Source: an uncultured Actinomycetota bacterium
GTDB taxonomy: Bacteria; Actinomycetota; Actinomycetes; JAHEKZ01
Length of the DNA: 64,000 bases
NCBI GenBank assembly: GCA_963743915.1
Contig: CAVURN010000002.1
Coordinates: 256,001-320,000, forward strand
Reading direction: 5' to 3'
Position 1 is the first letter of the stretch. Each line of letters begins with the position of its first letter. A program made the position numbers and the translations under genes. This document shows positions 1-9,548 of the stretch, in pieces. The notes below the pieces were generated by a model that saw only the letters and a list, made by a program, of their open reading frames with translations, searched no databases and was not told where the DNA came from.

Positions 1-1298
1 TCAACCTGGTGCGGCAGATGGGACGCCACACCGCACGTGAGGTGCTCGAGACGTCGTTCGCACAGTTCCAGGCGGACCGGGCGGTGGTGGGGCTCGCCCG
101 CCAGCTGCGCAAGAACGAGGAGGCGCTGAACGGCTACGCCGAGGCGATGAGCTGCCACCTCGGCGACTTCGTCCAGTACGCGTCACTGCGCCGCGCGATC
201 AGCGACCGCGAGAAGCAGCTGACCCGAGAGGACTCGGCCAGCCGCAAGGCGGAGGTCGCACGGGCCGTCGAGCAGCTGCAACTGGGGGACGTGGTGCCGA
301 TGCCCGGTGGCGGTCGCCGTGGCGGCCGGTTGGGGGTGGTGATCGAACGCGGAGGACCGGCCGGCTTCGAGGGGTCGCGACCGGTGGTGCTCACCGAGGA
401 TCGCCAGGTGCGCAAGCTGGTGGCGAGCGACTTCGCCGACCCGCCGGAACCGCTCGAGCGGCTCAAGCTCCCCAAGGGCTTCCGGTCCCGCGATGCGCAG
501 GCGCGTCGCACGCTCGCGGGGCGGCTGCGCGACCTGGACGTCCCCTCGCGCGGACGCCGACGGCGCGGCTCCGCGTCCGACGACGAGACGCTGTTGGCGC
601 TCCGCAGCGAGCTGCGCGCGCACCCGTGTCACGGGTGCGCCGAGCGCGAGGACCACGCTCGCTGGGCCGAGCGGTGGCACCGGCTCAGGAGAGAGACCCA
701 AGGCCTCCAGAAGCGCGTCGACGACCGCACGGGCAGCATCGCGCGCACCTTCGACCGCGTCGTGGGGCTGCTCGACGAGATCGGGTACCTCGACGGAGAC
801 ACGGTGACCCGGGACGGTGAACGGCTCACCCGCCTCTACACCGAGATGGACCTGGTCGCCGCCGAGGCGCTGCGCCACGGTCTCTGGAAGGGGCTGACGC
901 CCGCCGAGCTCGCGTCTGCGGTGTCGGTGCTGGTCTACGAGGCGCGACGGGACCCGGGAGCACCGCCCAAGCTGCCCGGGGGAGCCGGTCGTACCGCGAT
1001 CGAGGAGACCATGCGGCTGGCGGACGACCTGGCCTCGCTCGAGCGCGACCACCGCCTGTCGGCGATCCGGGACAGCGACCCCGGCTTCGCCTGGGCCGCG
1101 TTCCGGTGGGCCAGTGGCCACCGGCTCGAGCCGGTGCTGCATGAGAGCGAGCTGGCCGCCGGCGACTTCGTGCGCTGGTGCAAGCAGCTGGTCGACCTGC
1201 TCGGGCAGGTGGCCACCGCCAGCGACGACGACGAGCTGTCGGCGGCCGCGCGCACCGCGATCGGCGCACTGCGCCGCGGCGTGGTAGCGGCGGAGTAG
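1..1298 (+). CDS. helY: DEAD/DEAH-box (Ski2-like) RNA helicase HelY, C-terminal part (5' truncated by window)
   Basis: LETSFAQFQADR, HPCHGC zinc motif, DSHCT-like tail AGDFVRWCKQLVDLL. Confidence 0.9.
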   Translation, partial: NLVRQMGRHTAREVLETSFAQFQADRAVVGLARQLRKNEEALNGYAEAMSCHLGDFVQYASLRRAISDREKQLTREDSASRKAEVARAVEQLQLGDVVPMPGGGRRGGRLGVVIERGGPAGFEGSRPVVLTEDRQVRKLVASDFADPPEPLERLKLPKGFRSRDAQARRTLAGRLRDLDVPSRGRRRRGSASDDETLLALRSELRAHPCHGCAEREDHARWAERWHRLRRETQGLQKRVDDRTGSIARTFDRVVGLLDEIGYLDGDTVTRDGERLTRLYTEMDLVAAEALRHGLWKGLTPAELASAVSVLVYEARRDPGAPPKLPGGAGRTAIEETMRLADDLASLERDHRLSAIRDSDPGFAWAAFRWASGHRLEPVLHESELAAGDFVRWCKQLVDLLGQVATASDDDELSAAARTAIGALRRGVVAAE

Positions 1299-1305
1299 CC
1301 CCCCC

Positions 1306-1367
1306 TTCTACGCCAGACCGCCACACTCACGCCGCAGGACGGGTAATCGTGGCGCCCTGGCGTAGAA
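1306..1367. terminator. Long stem-loop between convergent genes
   Basis: Perfect 11-bp inverted repeat TTCTACGCCAG (1306-1316)/CTGGCGTAGAA (1357-1367) with inner CGCCAC/GTGGCG. Confidence 0.5.
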
Positions 1368-1405
1368 ACCTCGTGGCAGGTGGGTTGCGGCGTCGGGCGG
1401 TGTCC

Positions 1406-2332
1406 TCAGACCGTCACGCCGAGCACTCCCAGGAGACGGTTCACCGGGCGCTCGAGGCCCCAACGGTCGACCAGGGCGATCAGCGCCGAGGGATCGGCGA
1501 CCTGAGTCGGCAGTGACGTGGACAGGGCCGGCACCGGGACGTCCTCACGCACCCGGACGACCGCAATGCCTCTGCGCAGGTAGTCGTGTGCGGTCTCCAG
1601 CTTGCCGCGAAACGGCACGTCGGCGGCCGGATCCTGTAGGGCGTCCAGCAGCGCCTCGATGGTCGGGTACTGCGCGATGACCGCCGTGGCAGACTTCTCG
1701 CCCACCCCGCGCACACCCGGCAGGCCGTCGGACGGGTCACCGCGGAGAGTCGCGAAGTCGGCGTACGACGCCGCCGGGACGCCGTACCGCTCGCGCAGCG
1801 CCGCGTCCGTCACGCGTTCGACCTTCGCGAAGCCCTTGCCGATGTAGAGCACCGTGACCTGGCGATGGTCGTCGGCCAGCTGGAAGAGGTCGCGGTCACC
1901 GGTGACGACGTCGACCGGTATCGAGGAGCGATGGGCCAGGGTCGCGATCACGTCGTCCGCCTCGAAATCCGCCACGCCGATCCGCGCCAGGCCGATGGCG
2001 TCCAGCACCGCCTCGATCACGGGAACCTGCGGCTCGAGTGCGTCCGGCACCTCTTCGGCGTCCGGGTCCGACGATGCGGTGTCGACGCGGTGCGCCTTGT
2101 ACGACGGCAGCAGCTCGACCCGCCACGCGGGACGCCAGTCCTCGTCGAAGCACGCGACGAGGTCGGTGGCCGGATGGTCGGTGAGCATGCGGCTCACGGC
2201 GTCCAGGAAGCCTCGCACGGCACCGATCGGCGTTCCGTCGGGTGCCTTCACCGACTCGGGGACTCCGTGGAACGCGCGGAAGTACATCGACGCGGCGTCG
2301 AGCAACATCAGTCGCGGGGCCGTTGAGCTCAT
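1406..2332 (-). CDS. 5'-3' exonuclease / flap endonuclease (PolA N-domain-like)
   Basis: LLDAASMYFRAF, EADDVI, TGDRDLFQL, GDPSDGLPGVRGVGEK (H3TH); start re-set to ATG at 2332. Confidence 0.9.
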   Translation of the reverse strand: MSSTAPRLMLLDAASMYFRAFHGVPESVKAPDGTPIGAVRGFLDAVSRMLTDHPATDLVACFDEDWRPAWRVELLPSYKAHRVDTASSDPDAEEVPDALEPQVPVIEAVLDAIGLARIGVADFEADDVIATLAHRSSIPVDVVTGDRDLFQLADDHRQVTVLYIGKGFAKVERVTDAALRERYGVPAASYADFATLRGDPSDGLPGVRGVGEKSATAVIAQYPTIEALLDALQDPAADVPFRGKLETAHDYLRRGIAVVRVREDVPVPALSTSLPTQVADPSALIALVDRWGLERPVNRLLGVLGVTV

Positions 2333-2424
2333 GTCGGCGAACCTACCGGGAGAACGCCATCCGCTCCGCGAAAGGCTGTCTCCCCGAACGACGAGCTGGA
2401 CCGGACGCCCCCTACTGTGACCGC

Positions 2425-2862
2425 GTGGACCAGACTGCACTGACTGCGACCGTGGACGCGTGCAAGGCGTTGATCGATTCGCGCTTCCCGGACGACGAGG
2501 AGCAGGGTGCAGCAGCCATGTTGCTCGCCGATGGGACCATCCTCACCGGCACCGCCCCAGCAGCCGCAAATCCCTCGGTCGAGGTCTGCCACGAGGTCGA
2601 GCCCTACTGCGCGGCCTACCGACTGAACCAGGCCATCGTCGCCTCCGTCTGCCTGCACCGTCAGCCCGACGGTCGTACGGTCGTGTTGAGCCCCTGCGGC
2701 GTGTGCAGAGAACGCCTTGCCGTCCACGGTCCGTCAGTTCTGGTGGCCGTGCCCGACCGCAGCGACTTCACCGTCGTCGTGTGGAAGCCGCTGAAGGCCG
2801 TCCTTCCCGACTACTGGCTGACTGCCTTCCCCGACGAGGTCGACGCCGACTGGTCCACCTGA
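2425..2862 (+). CDS. Cytidine deaminase family protein
   Basis: CHE...SPCGVCRE zinc motif; GTG start at 2425. Confidence 0.8.
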   Translation: MDQTALTATVDACKALIDSRFPDDEEQGAAAMLLADGTILTGTAPAAANPSVEVCHEVEPYCAAYRLNQAIVASVCLHRQPDGRTVVLSPCGVCRERLAVHGPSVLVAVPDRSDFTVVVWKPLKAVLPDYWLTAFPDEVDADWST

Positions 2863-2942
2863 CTGCAGAACCCTTCGACAGCATGTCGGGGCGCCCGGGA
2901 TTCAACGAGAAGTCGATCCAGCCGGCACGCTACCGTGGCGCC

Positions 2943-4053
2943 GTGGATGCCCGCCGACTCGACGCCGCCCGCGATGCGGCCCGTGCCGCTGACGTGGACG
3001 CCCTGCTCGTCACGCCTGGGCCCGACCTCATCTACCTCACCGGGTACGACGCGATCCCGCTGGAACGGCTCACCTGCCTGGTGGTGCCCCGTGAGGGGAA
3101 GGCGTCACTGGTCGCACCCGGCCTCGAGGTCCCGGCGGCCGAGGCGTCCCCGATCGGCGCGATGGGGCTTTCGATCCACGGGTGGGCCGAGACCGACGAC
3201 CCCTACCGGCTGGTCGCCTCCCTGGTGCCCGGCGCCGAGCGTGTCGCCCTGGCCGACTCGATGGCCGCAGCCAAGGTGCTGCGGCTGCGCGACGCCATGC
3301 CGCAGGCCATGCAGGTGCTGGCGGGGCCGGTGCTGCGTGAGCTGCGCATGATCAAGGAGCCGGACGAGGTCGAGCACCTGCGTCGGGCCGGCCAGGCCAT
3401 CGACCGCGTGCACGAGCAGGTCGCGGACCTGCTGCGGCCCGGACGCACCGAGCGTGAGGTGGGGGAGGACATCGCCGAGGCCATCCTCGAGGCGGGTCAC
3501 GAACGCGTCGACTTCGTGATCGTCGCCAGCGGTCCCAACGGAGCCAGCCCCCACCACGAGCTGTCCGACCGACGGATCGAGCTCGGCGACCCCGTCGTCG
3601 TCGACATCGGGGGCACCATGCCCAGCGGCTACTGCTCCGACTCCACGCGCACCTACGCCATCGGTCACACACCGGACGACTTCGTCGCCTACTACCGGGT
3701 GCTGCAGCGGGCGCAGCAGGCGGCGGTGGACGCCGTCCGGCCCGGGCGTCAGCGCCGAGTCGGTGGACGCCGCGGCGCGTGACGTGCTCACCGAGGCGGG
3801 ATACGGCGAGTACTTCATCCACCGGACGGGCCACGGCATCGGGCTCGAGACCCACGAGGAGCCGTACATCGTGACGGGCAACAGCGAGCCGCTGCGCCCC
3901 GGCATGGCGTTCAGCGTCGAGCCGGGTGTCTACCTGCCCGGACGCCACGGCGCGCGCATCGAGGACATCGTCGTGGTGACCGCGGACGGCGTGGACCCGC
4001 TCAACCGCACCACCCACGACCTCGTCGTGGTCGACCACTCGTTCAGCGCCTGA
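2943..4053 (+). CDS. Xaa-Pro peptidase (M24), split by one frameshift near 3745
   Basis: Creatinase N-domain, PHH, DIGG...SDSTRT, HRTGHGIGLETHEEP, EPGVY, RIED across two frames. Confidence 0.85.
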
Positions 4054-4084
4054 CCCCATCCACCCGAGCCAGCAAGGAGCCGCC

Positions 4085-5236
4085 GTGGCCCTGTCGGTCA
4101 GCCGCGAGTTCACCGACCCGACGTCCGCCGACCTGTTGCCCGTCGTGCGTCAGATGTGCGACGACGTGCTGGCGCCACGCGCCGGCGAGGCGGAGGAGGC
4201 AGCGGCGTTCCCGCGCGACGTCTTCCGGACGCTCGGCGCGTCCGGCCTGCTCGGCCTGCCCTACCCGGTCGAGCACGGTGGGGGAGGCCTTCCACTGCAC
4301 GACTACCTGCAGATGGTCGAGGAGCTCGCCTCCGCGTGGGCGACGGTCGGGCTCGGCGTCAGCGTGCACACGCTGGCCTGCTACCCGCTGGCGCTGTACG
4401 GGAGCGACGAGCAGCGGCAGCGCTGGCTGCCGTCCTGGCTGGCGGGCGACCTGCTGGGCGCCTACTGCCTGTCCGAGAGCGACGCCGGCTCCGATGCCGC
4501 GGCCCTGGCGTCCCGCGCCGAGCGCGTCGCCGACGGGTACCGGCTCAACGGGGTCAAGGCCTGGATCAGCCACGGCGGTGTCGCCGACTTCTACGTCGCG
4601 ATGATGCGCACCTCCGACGACGGGGCGAAGGGCATCTCCTGCTTCGTCGTCGAGGCCGACGCTCCGGGGCTCTCGTCGCGACCGCCCGAACGCAAGCTCG
4701 GCTTCTCGGCGTCCCCGACCGCCCAGATGGTCTTCGAGGACGTCGTGGTCCCCGAGGACCACCGGCTCGGCGCCGAGGGCCAGGGATTCTCGATCGCCCT
4801 GGCGGCACTCGACGGCGGCCGGCTCGGCATGGCCGCCTGCGCGGTGGGCATCGCCCAGGCCGCGCTCGACCTGGCGGTGGCGTACGCGTCCGACCGGCGT
4901 CAGTTCGGCCGCCCGATCGTGGAGTTCCAGGGCCTGTCGTTCCTGCTCGCGGACATGGCCACCGACATCGCGGCCGCGCGAGCGCTCTACCTCGCCGCGG
5001 CCCGGAAGCGGGACCGGGGCGAGGCCTTCGGCACCGACGCCGCCATGGCCAAGCTCTTCGCGACGGACGCCGCCATGCGGGTCACCACCGACGCGGTCCA
5101 GGTGCTCGGGGGAGCGGGGTACGTCAAGGACCACGCGGCGGAGCGGTACTTCCGTGAGGCGAAGGCGCTGCAGATCGTCGAGGGGACCAACCAGATCCAG
5201 CGGGTCGTGATCGGGCGCTCCCTGACCCGTCGGTGA
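4085..5236 (+). CDS. Acyl-CoA dehydrogenase
   Basis: YCLSESDAGSD, NGVKAWIS, RRQFGRPI, QIVEGTNQIQR. Confidence 0.93.
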   Translation: MALSVSREFTDPTSADLLPVVRQMCDDVLAPRAGEAEEAAAFPRDVFRTLGASGLLGLPYPVEHGGGGLPLHDYLQMVEELASAWATVGLGVSVHTLACYPLALYGSDEQRQRWLPSWLAGDLLGAYCLSESDAGSDAAALASRAERVADGYRLNGVKAWISHGGVADFYVAMMRTSDDGAKGISCFVVEADAPGLSSRPPERKLGFSASPTAQMVFEDVVVPEDHRLGAEGQGFSIALAALDGGRLGMAACAVGIAQAALDLAVAYASDRRQFGRPIVEFQGLSFLLADMATDIAAARALYLAAARKRDRGEAFGTDAAMAKLFATDAAMRVTTDAVQVLGGAGYVKDHAAERYFREAKALQIVEGTNQIQRVVIGRSLTRR

Positions 5237-5261
5237 GTTCGGCGGCCTGACGCTGGCTAGA

Positions 5262-5750
5262 GTGCCGCCCGTGGACGACCTCGACCAGCACGACCGCCAG
5301 ATCGTGCAGCTGCTGTGCGACGACGGCCGCATGAGCTACACCGAGCTCGCCAAGCACACCGGTCTGTCCACGTCGGCGGTCCACCAGCGCGTCCGGCGTC
5401 TGGAGCAGCGTGGCGTGATCACCGGGTACCGGGCGTCGGTCGACCTCGAGGCGATCGGCTTGCCGCTCACCGCCTTCGTGTCCATATCGCCGATCGACGC
5501 CTCCGACCCCGACGACATCGCCGAGCGCGTCGCGCACCTGCAGGCCGTGGAGTCCTGCTACAGCGTGGCGGGGGACTACAACTACGTGCTGAAGGTGCGG
5601 GTGGCCGGTCCGGCAGCGCTCGAGCAGCTCCTCAGCGAGCTCCGGGCGAGCGCCCACGTGACCACCCGCACGACCGTCGTGCTGAGCGTCCCCTACGAGA
5701 ACCGCCCTCCGGCGGTCGAACCCGCGGCGGAAGGCCGTCCCCCGTCCTAG
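5262..5750 (+). CDS. Lrp/AsnC family transcriptional regulator
   Basis: DGRMSYTELAK...VHQRVRRLEQRGVI HTH plus RAM domain. Confidence 0.92.
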   Translation: MPPVDDLDQHDRQIVQLLCDDGRMSYTELAKHTGLSTSAVHQRVRRLEQRGVITGYRASVDLEAIGLPLTAFVSISPIDASDPDDIAERVAHLQAVESCYSVAGDYNYVLKVRVAGPAALEQLLSELRASAHVTTRTTVVLSVPYENRPPAVEPAAEGRPPS

Positions 5751-5927
5751 TTCGTGGCGTTATGTCCGAATTGACGCGACGCGCCAGGGCTTCCCGTGAT
5801 TTGCAGTTGCCGCACCCTCGCGGGTTAGGGTCGCCCTTGATCACGAAATGGTCACGGGGCGAGACGGTACGCCGGACGACCGAGGACGAGCCCCCGAAGG
5901 GGCCCATGACGGAGAGCGAGAGCATCG

Positions 5928-6731
5928 GTGGCTGGTCGACGGCGCGCAGGGGGCTTGCACGACGGGACCCGCGGGCCGACGGACGGGCCCGGCAGGCCCA
6001 CGGAGCGGCTACGCCGCCTCGGCACCGCGACCCTGGTGGTGGCGGTGGTGGCCCTCCTGGCCGCCGTGGTGGTGCCGGCGGGCTGGCGCTCTCTGGGCAG
6101 CGACGTCGAGGCGTCCGGAGAGGCGAGCAGCCTGCTCTCGCTCCTCAACCAGGCGCGGGCCAACAACGGGCTGGCCCCGCTGTCCAGCGCCGGTGATCTC
6201 ACCGCCATCGCCGCTGACCGCGCCTCGACCATGGCCCGGTCCGGCTCGCTCGCGCACACCCCTGATCTGGGGGGACGCGCCTGTTGCTGGACCTGGATCT
6301 CCGAGAACGTCGCGTACGCCGGATCCGTCCAGTCGCTGCACGACGTGCTGATGAACTCCGCACCGCACCGCGCCAACATCCTCAACGCCGATGCCGACGA
6401 CGTCGGGGTGGCCGTGGTCCAGGGCGACGGCATGCTGTGGGCCGCGCAGGTGTTCCGCGCCCGCTCGGACGCCAACCGGTCCGCACAGTCGTCCACCCCC
6501 TCCCGATCGGGCGACCGCGACGTCCCCCCGTCGAGCGCGTCCACCGGGACCGTCACGGGGTCGAGCACCGTCGCCAGCCTGTCGCCGGCGGAGCTGGCCC
6601 GGATCGAGCTGCGCCAGCATCTGCGTCAGGCACGGGAAGACCTCCGTGCCACCCGGAGCAAGGCGGGTCGCTTCGACCCGGTCCGCGCGGCTGTCACCTA
6701 CGCCGGGACGCTGGACGCCGTCAGCCGCTGA
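5928..6731 (+). CDS. Secreted/membrane-anchored CAP (SCP-like) domain protein
   Basis: N-terminal hydrophobic helix; LNQAR, ENVA, MNSAPHRANIL; start uncertain. Confidence 0.8.
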   Translation: MAGRRRAGGLHDGTRGPTDGPGRPTERLRRLGTATLVVAVVALLAAVVVPAGWRSLGSDVEASGEASSLLSLLNQARANNGLAPLSSAGDLTAIAADRASTMARSGSLAHTPDLGGRACCWTWISENVAYAGSVQSLHDVLMNSAPHRANILNADADDVGVAVVQGDGMLWAAQVFRARSDANRSAQSSTPSRSGDRDVPPSSASTGTVTGSSTVASLSPAELARIELRQHLRQAREDLRATRSKAGRFDPVRAAVTYAGTLDAVSR

Positions 6732-6781
6732 CGCCCATCTGATGCCTGTCTGATGCTTGTCTGATGGCTGTCTGATGCCCG
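6727..6781. repeat. 11-bp tandem direct repeat, 4 good copies plus 1 degenerate
   Basis: GCTGACGCCCA TCTGATGCCTG TCTGATGCTTG TCTGATGGCTG TCTGATGCCCG. Confidence 0.9.
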
Positions 6782-6880
6782 TCCGGGCATGGATGGGTGC
6801 GGCGATCCCTGCAATCTACGGGTGCGGTGTCACACCGCACCCGCCCTGTGAGGGGCTCGCCGCCCCCATGGCTCGGTGGG

Positions 6881-8335
6881 TCAGTGGGTGGGGGCGAGAT
6901 CGGCCTCGGCGGCAGCGCGTGAGGCGGCTGCGGCCACCGTGGTCTCCTCCGCGATGTGTCCCCGGGCGTAGCCCTCGTTGACCCACCACTCCTGGCCCTC
7001 CTCGGGCAGCAGGTGCACCGGGTCGTAGTAGACGTGCTTCTTGCGCACGGCATCCGGGTCGTCCAGCTCGATGCCGGTGCGGTAGTTCTTCGACCAGTAC
7101 GAGATGCCCAGCACGTGGTCGTACTCGTCGACCTGGTGCACCCACCGCTTGCCGACGAACGGCACGTCGCAGGTGACCCGGGGTGTGGCAAAACCGGGGA
7201 GGTAGCCCATGATCCCGTGCTGCAGCCGCTGCGCGTCTGCCAGCCGGACCCGCCAGTGCTCGGCGAACGGGATCATGTCCGGCATGTAGAAGTAGTAGGG
7301 CAGGATGCTCGCACCGTCCAGGAGCGCGAAGCAGAGGTCGAGCATCTGCTCGACGCTGTTGTTGATGCCGGCCATGAGCACGCCCTGGTTGCGCACGTCG
7401 CGCACGCCGGCATCGAGCAGCCCCCGGGACGCCCGCGCGACCAGCGGTGTCACCGAGTTCGCGTGGTTGACGTGGGTGTGCACGGCCAGGCCCACCCCGC
7501 GGCTGGACGCCTTGGTCGCCAGGCGCTCCACGCCGGCGCGGACGTCGTCGGCGTACCAGTGCTGGGGGAGCCCCATCAGCGCCTTGGTCGCCAGTCGGAT
7601 GTCGCGGATGTTCTCGATGTCGAGGATCTGGTCGACGTAGCGCTCGAGGTTCTTCCACGGCGTGTTGGCGACGTCGCCGCCGGAGACCACCACGTCGCGC
7701 ACTGTCGGGGTCGCGCGCAGGTAGTCGAGGTGCTGCTGGAGCCGGTCGACGGGCTTGAGGTCGAACTTCAGCTTCTGGATGGTGGGCGTCGAGGTGCCCA
7801 CGAGGTCCATGCGAGTGCAGTGACCGCAGTACTGGGGGCAGGTGGACAGCACCTCGGCCAGCACCTTCGTCGGGTAGCGGTGGGTGAGACCCTCCGCCTT
7901 CCACATGTCGTGCTCGTGCAGCGAGTCGCGGCTGGAGTACGGGTGTGAGGGCCAGTCGGTGCGCCGGTCGCTGAAGACGGGAAGCATGTAGCGGCGCACC
8001 GGGTCGGCGTAGAACGCCTCGGTGAAGGTCGGGGTCGACGGCAGGCCGGCGTCGTGGCTGTCGGGGACCATCGTGTTGACCATCTGGGGCGGGATGAGCA
8101 TCGACATCGTGGCCCGCTCGGCCTGGTCACGCTCGAGGTCGGCATAGAAGTCCTCGCTCAGCAGCCCGCCCATGACGTCCCGCAGCTGCTTGATGTTCTT
8201 GACGCAGTGGGCACGCTGCCACTGGGCGTCCTCCCAGTCGGCGGCGGTGACGTCCCGCCACCCGGGCAGCCGCGTCCAGTCCGGCTCGCGGACCTGGTGC
8301 TGGCGGTAGTCGTACGGCTGGGGCAGGTGGCTCAC
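6881..8335 (-). CDS. kamA: Lysine 2,3-aminomutase (radical SAM, PLP)
   Basis: GLTHRYPTKVL, CPQYCGHCTR (CxxxCxxC), SGGD, HTHVNH, NQGVL, PYYFY; neighbours kamDE. Confidence 0.9.
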   Translation of the reverse strand: MSHLPQPYDYRQHQVREPDWTRLPGWRDVTAADWEDAQWQRAHCVKNIKQLRDVMGGLLSEDFYADLERDQAERATMSMLIPPQMVNTMVPDSHDAGLPSTPTFTEAFYADPVRRYMLPVFSDRRTDWPSHPYSSRDSLHEHDMWKAEGLTHRYPTKVLAEVLSTCPQYCGHCTRMDLVGTSTPTIQKLKFDLKPVDRLQQHLDYLRATPTVRDVVVSGGDVANTPWKNLERYVDQILDIENIRDIRLATKALMGLPQHWYADDVRAGVERLATKASSRGVGLAVHTHVNHANSVTPLVARASRGLLDAGVRDVRNQGVLMAGINNSVEQMLDLCFALLDGASILPYYFYMPDMIPFAEHWRVRLADAQRLQHGIMGYLPGFATPRVTCDVPFVGKRWVHQVDEYDHVLGISYWSKNYRTGIELDDPDAVRKKHVYYDPVHLLPEEGQEWWVNEGYARGHIAEETTVAAAASRAAAEADLAPTH

Positions 8336-8374
8336 AGGCTCTCCTCATGAGAGGTGCATCTAGCGCGAGGGTAC

Positions 8375-8416
8375 GGAGATCTTCCCGTCAAATCAATGAG
8401 GAACGGGAGAATCTCC
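8375..8416. promoter_or_regulatory. Candidate operator in the divergent kamA/kdd intergenic region
   Basis: GGAGATCTTCCCGT-N14(AT-rich)-ACGGGAGAATCTCC, 12/14 inverted match. Confidence 0.5.
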
Positions 8417-8462
8417 ACCCCTGGTGGTGGCGGCCGCGCGGTGCTCCTGACAGGATCGCCGC

Positions 8463-9548
8463 GTGACGCGTACCACCCCATCGTCCCCTGTCGGCCTGCA
8501 CCGTGTCATCGAGCCACGCGGAGTGCTGCCCCAAGCGGCTGCCCGCCTCGACGCGAGCCCCGAGCTGTGGCCGGACGAGATCCGCGTCTCGGTGGACGTG
8601 CTGAACCTCGACGCGGCCTCGTTCCGGCAGCTGTTCGACAAGCACGGTGGAGCCGGCGACGCGGTCCGGGCCGAGGTGCTCGACATCGTCGCGAGCCGCG
8701 GCAAGATGCAGAACCCGATCACCGGGTCCGGCGGCATGCTGGTCGGGGTGGTCGACGAGGTCGGCCCGCAGGCCACGCTCGACGTCGCGGTGGGCCAGCA
8801 GGTCACCACCTTGGTCTCGCTCAGCCTCACCCCCTTGGTGATCACCGACGGCCTCGCCCGCTGGGACGGACGCAGCGAGCAGGTGCCCTGCGAGGGGCAC
8901 GCGATCCTCTTCGGACGGACGATCGCGGCCACCGTTCCCGACGATCTCCCGCCCCGTCTGGCGATGGCCGTGATGGACGTCGCCGGGGCCCCCGCGCTCA
9001 CCGCCCGGGTGGTGGAGCAGTACGTCGCCCGGGGCCGGGTGCCGACCGTCGCCGTCATCGGCGGCGCGGGCAAGAGCGGCTCACTGTCGCTGGTCGCTGC
9101 CCAGCGCGCGGGTGCGAGCCGGACCGTCGGAGTCGTCCCCGTCCAGCACGAGGCCGACCTGCTGGGCGAGGTCGCGCTGTGCGACGTCGTGGCCATCGCC
9201 GACGCACGTGACCCGGTGCAGCTGTCCGGCGCCGTCCAGCAGGCCCTGGGCGCGCCCGCCGACATCACCGTCGTCTGCGTCGACGTACCGGGGTGCGAAC
9301 ACGGCGCCATCCTCGCCACGTCACCGGACGGCGGCACGGTGATCTTCTTCTCGATGGCGACCTCCTTCACCGCGGCCGCCCTGGGAGCCGAGGGTCTGGC
9401 CTCCGACGTGACCATGCTCATCGGCAACGGCTACACCCCCGGGCACGCGGACCTGGCCTTCGACCTGCTGCGGGGCTCGGACGGAGTGCGCGAGCTCTTC
9501 TCCCGGCGCCTGGAGCACGAGACCGGCGCCGAGCCGGCGGAGCGCTGA
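8463..9548 (+). CDS. kdd: L-erythro-3,5-diaminohexanoate dehydrogenase
   Basis: GLHRVIEPRGVLPQAA, LNLDAASF, RGKMQNPITGSGGML, FFSMATSF, GNGY. Confidence 0.88.
   Translation: MTRTTPSSPVGLHRVIEPRGVLPQAAARLDASPELWPDEIRVSVDVLNLDAASFRQLFDKHGGAGDAVRAEVLDIVASRGKMQNPITGSGGMLVGVVDEVGPQATLDVAVGQQVTTLVSLSLTPLVITDGLARWDGRSEQVPCEGHAILFGRTIAATVPDDLPPRLAMAVMDVAGAPALTARVVEQYVARGRVPTVAVIGGAGKSGSLSLVAAQRAGASRTVGVVPVQHEADLLGEVALCDVVAIADARDPVQLSGAVQQALGAPADITVVCVDVPGCEHGAILATSPDGGTVIFFSMATSFTAAALGAEGLASDVTMLIGNGYTPGHADLAFDLLRGSDGVRELFSRRLEHETGAEPAER

Noticed and set aside
5751-5927. c-di-AMP riboswitch upstream of the CAP-domain gene
   Set aside because: Lacks the ydaO consensus elements; only a weak CCCGTGA/TCACGGG inverted repeat is present.
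6727-6781. CRISPR array
   Set aside because: 11-bp units with no spacers, and no cas genes in the window.
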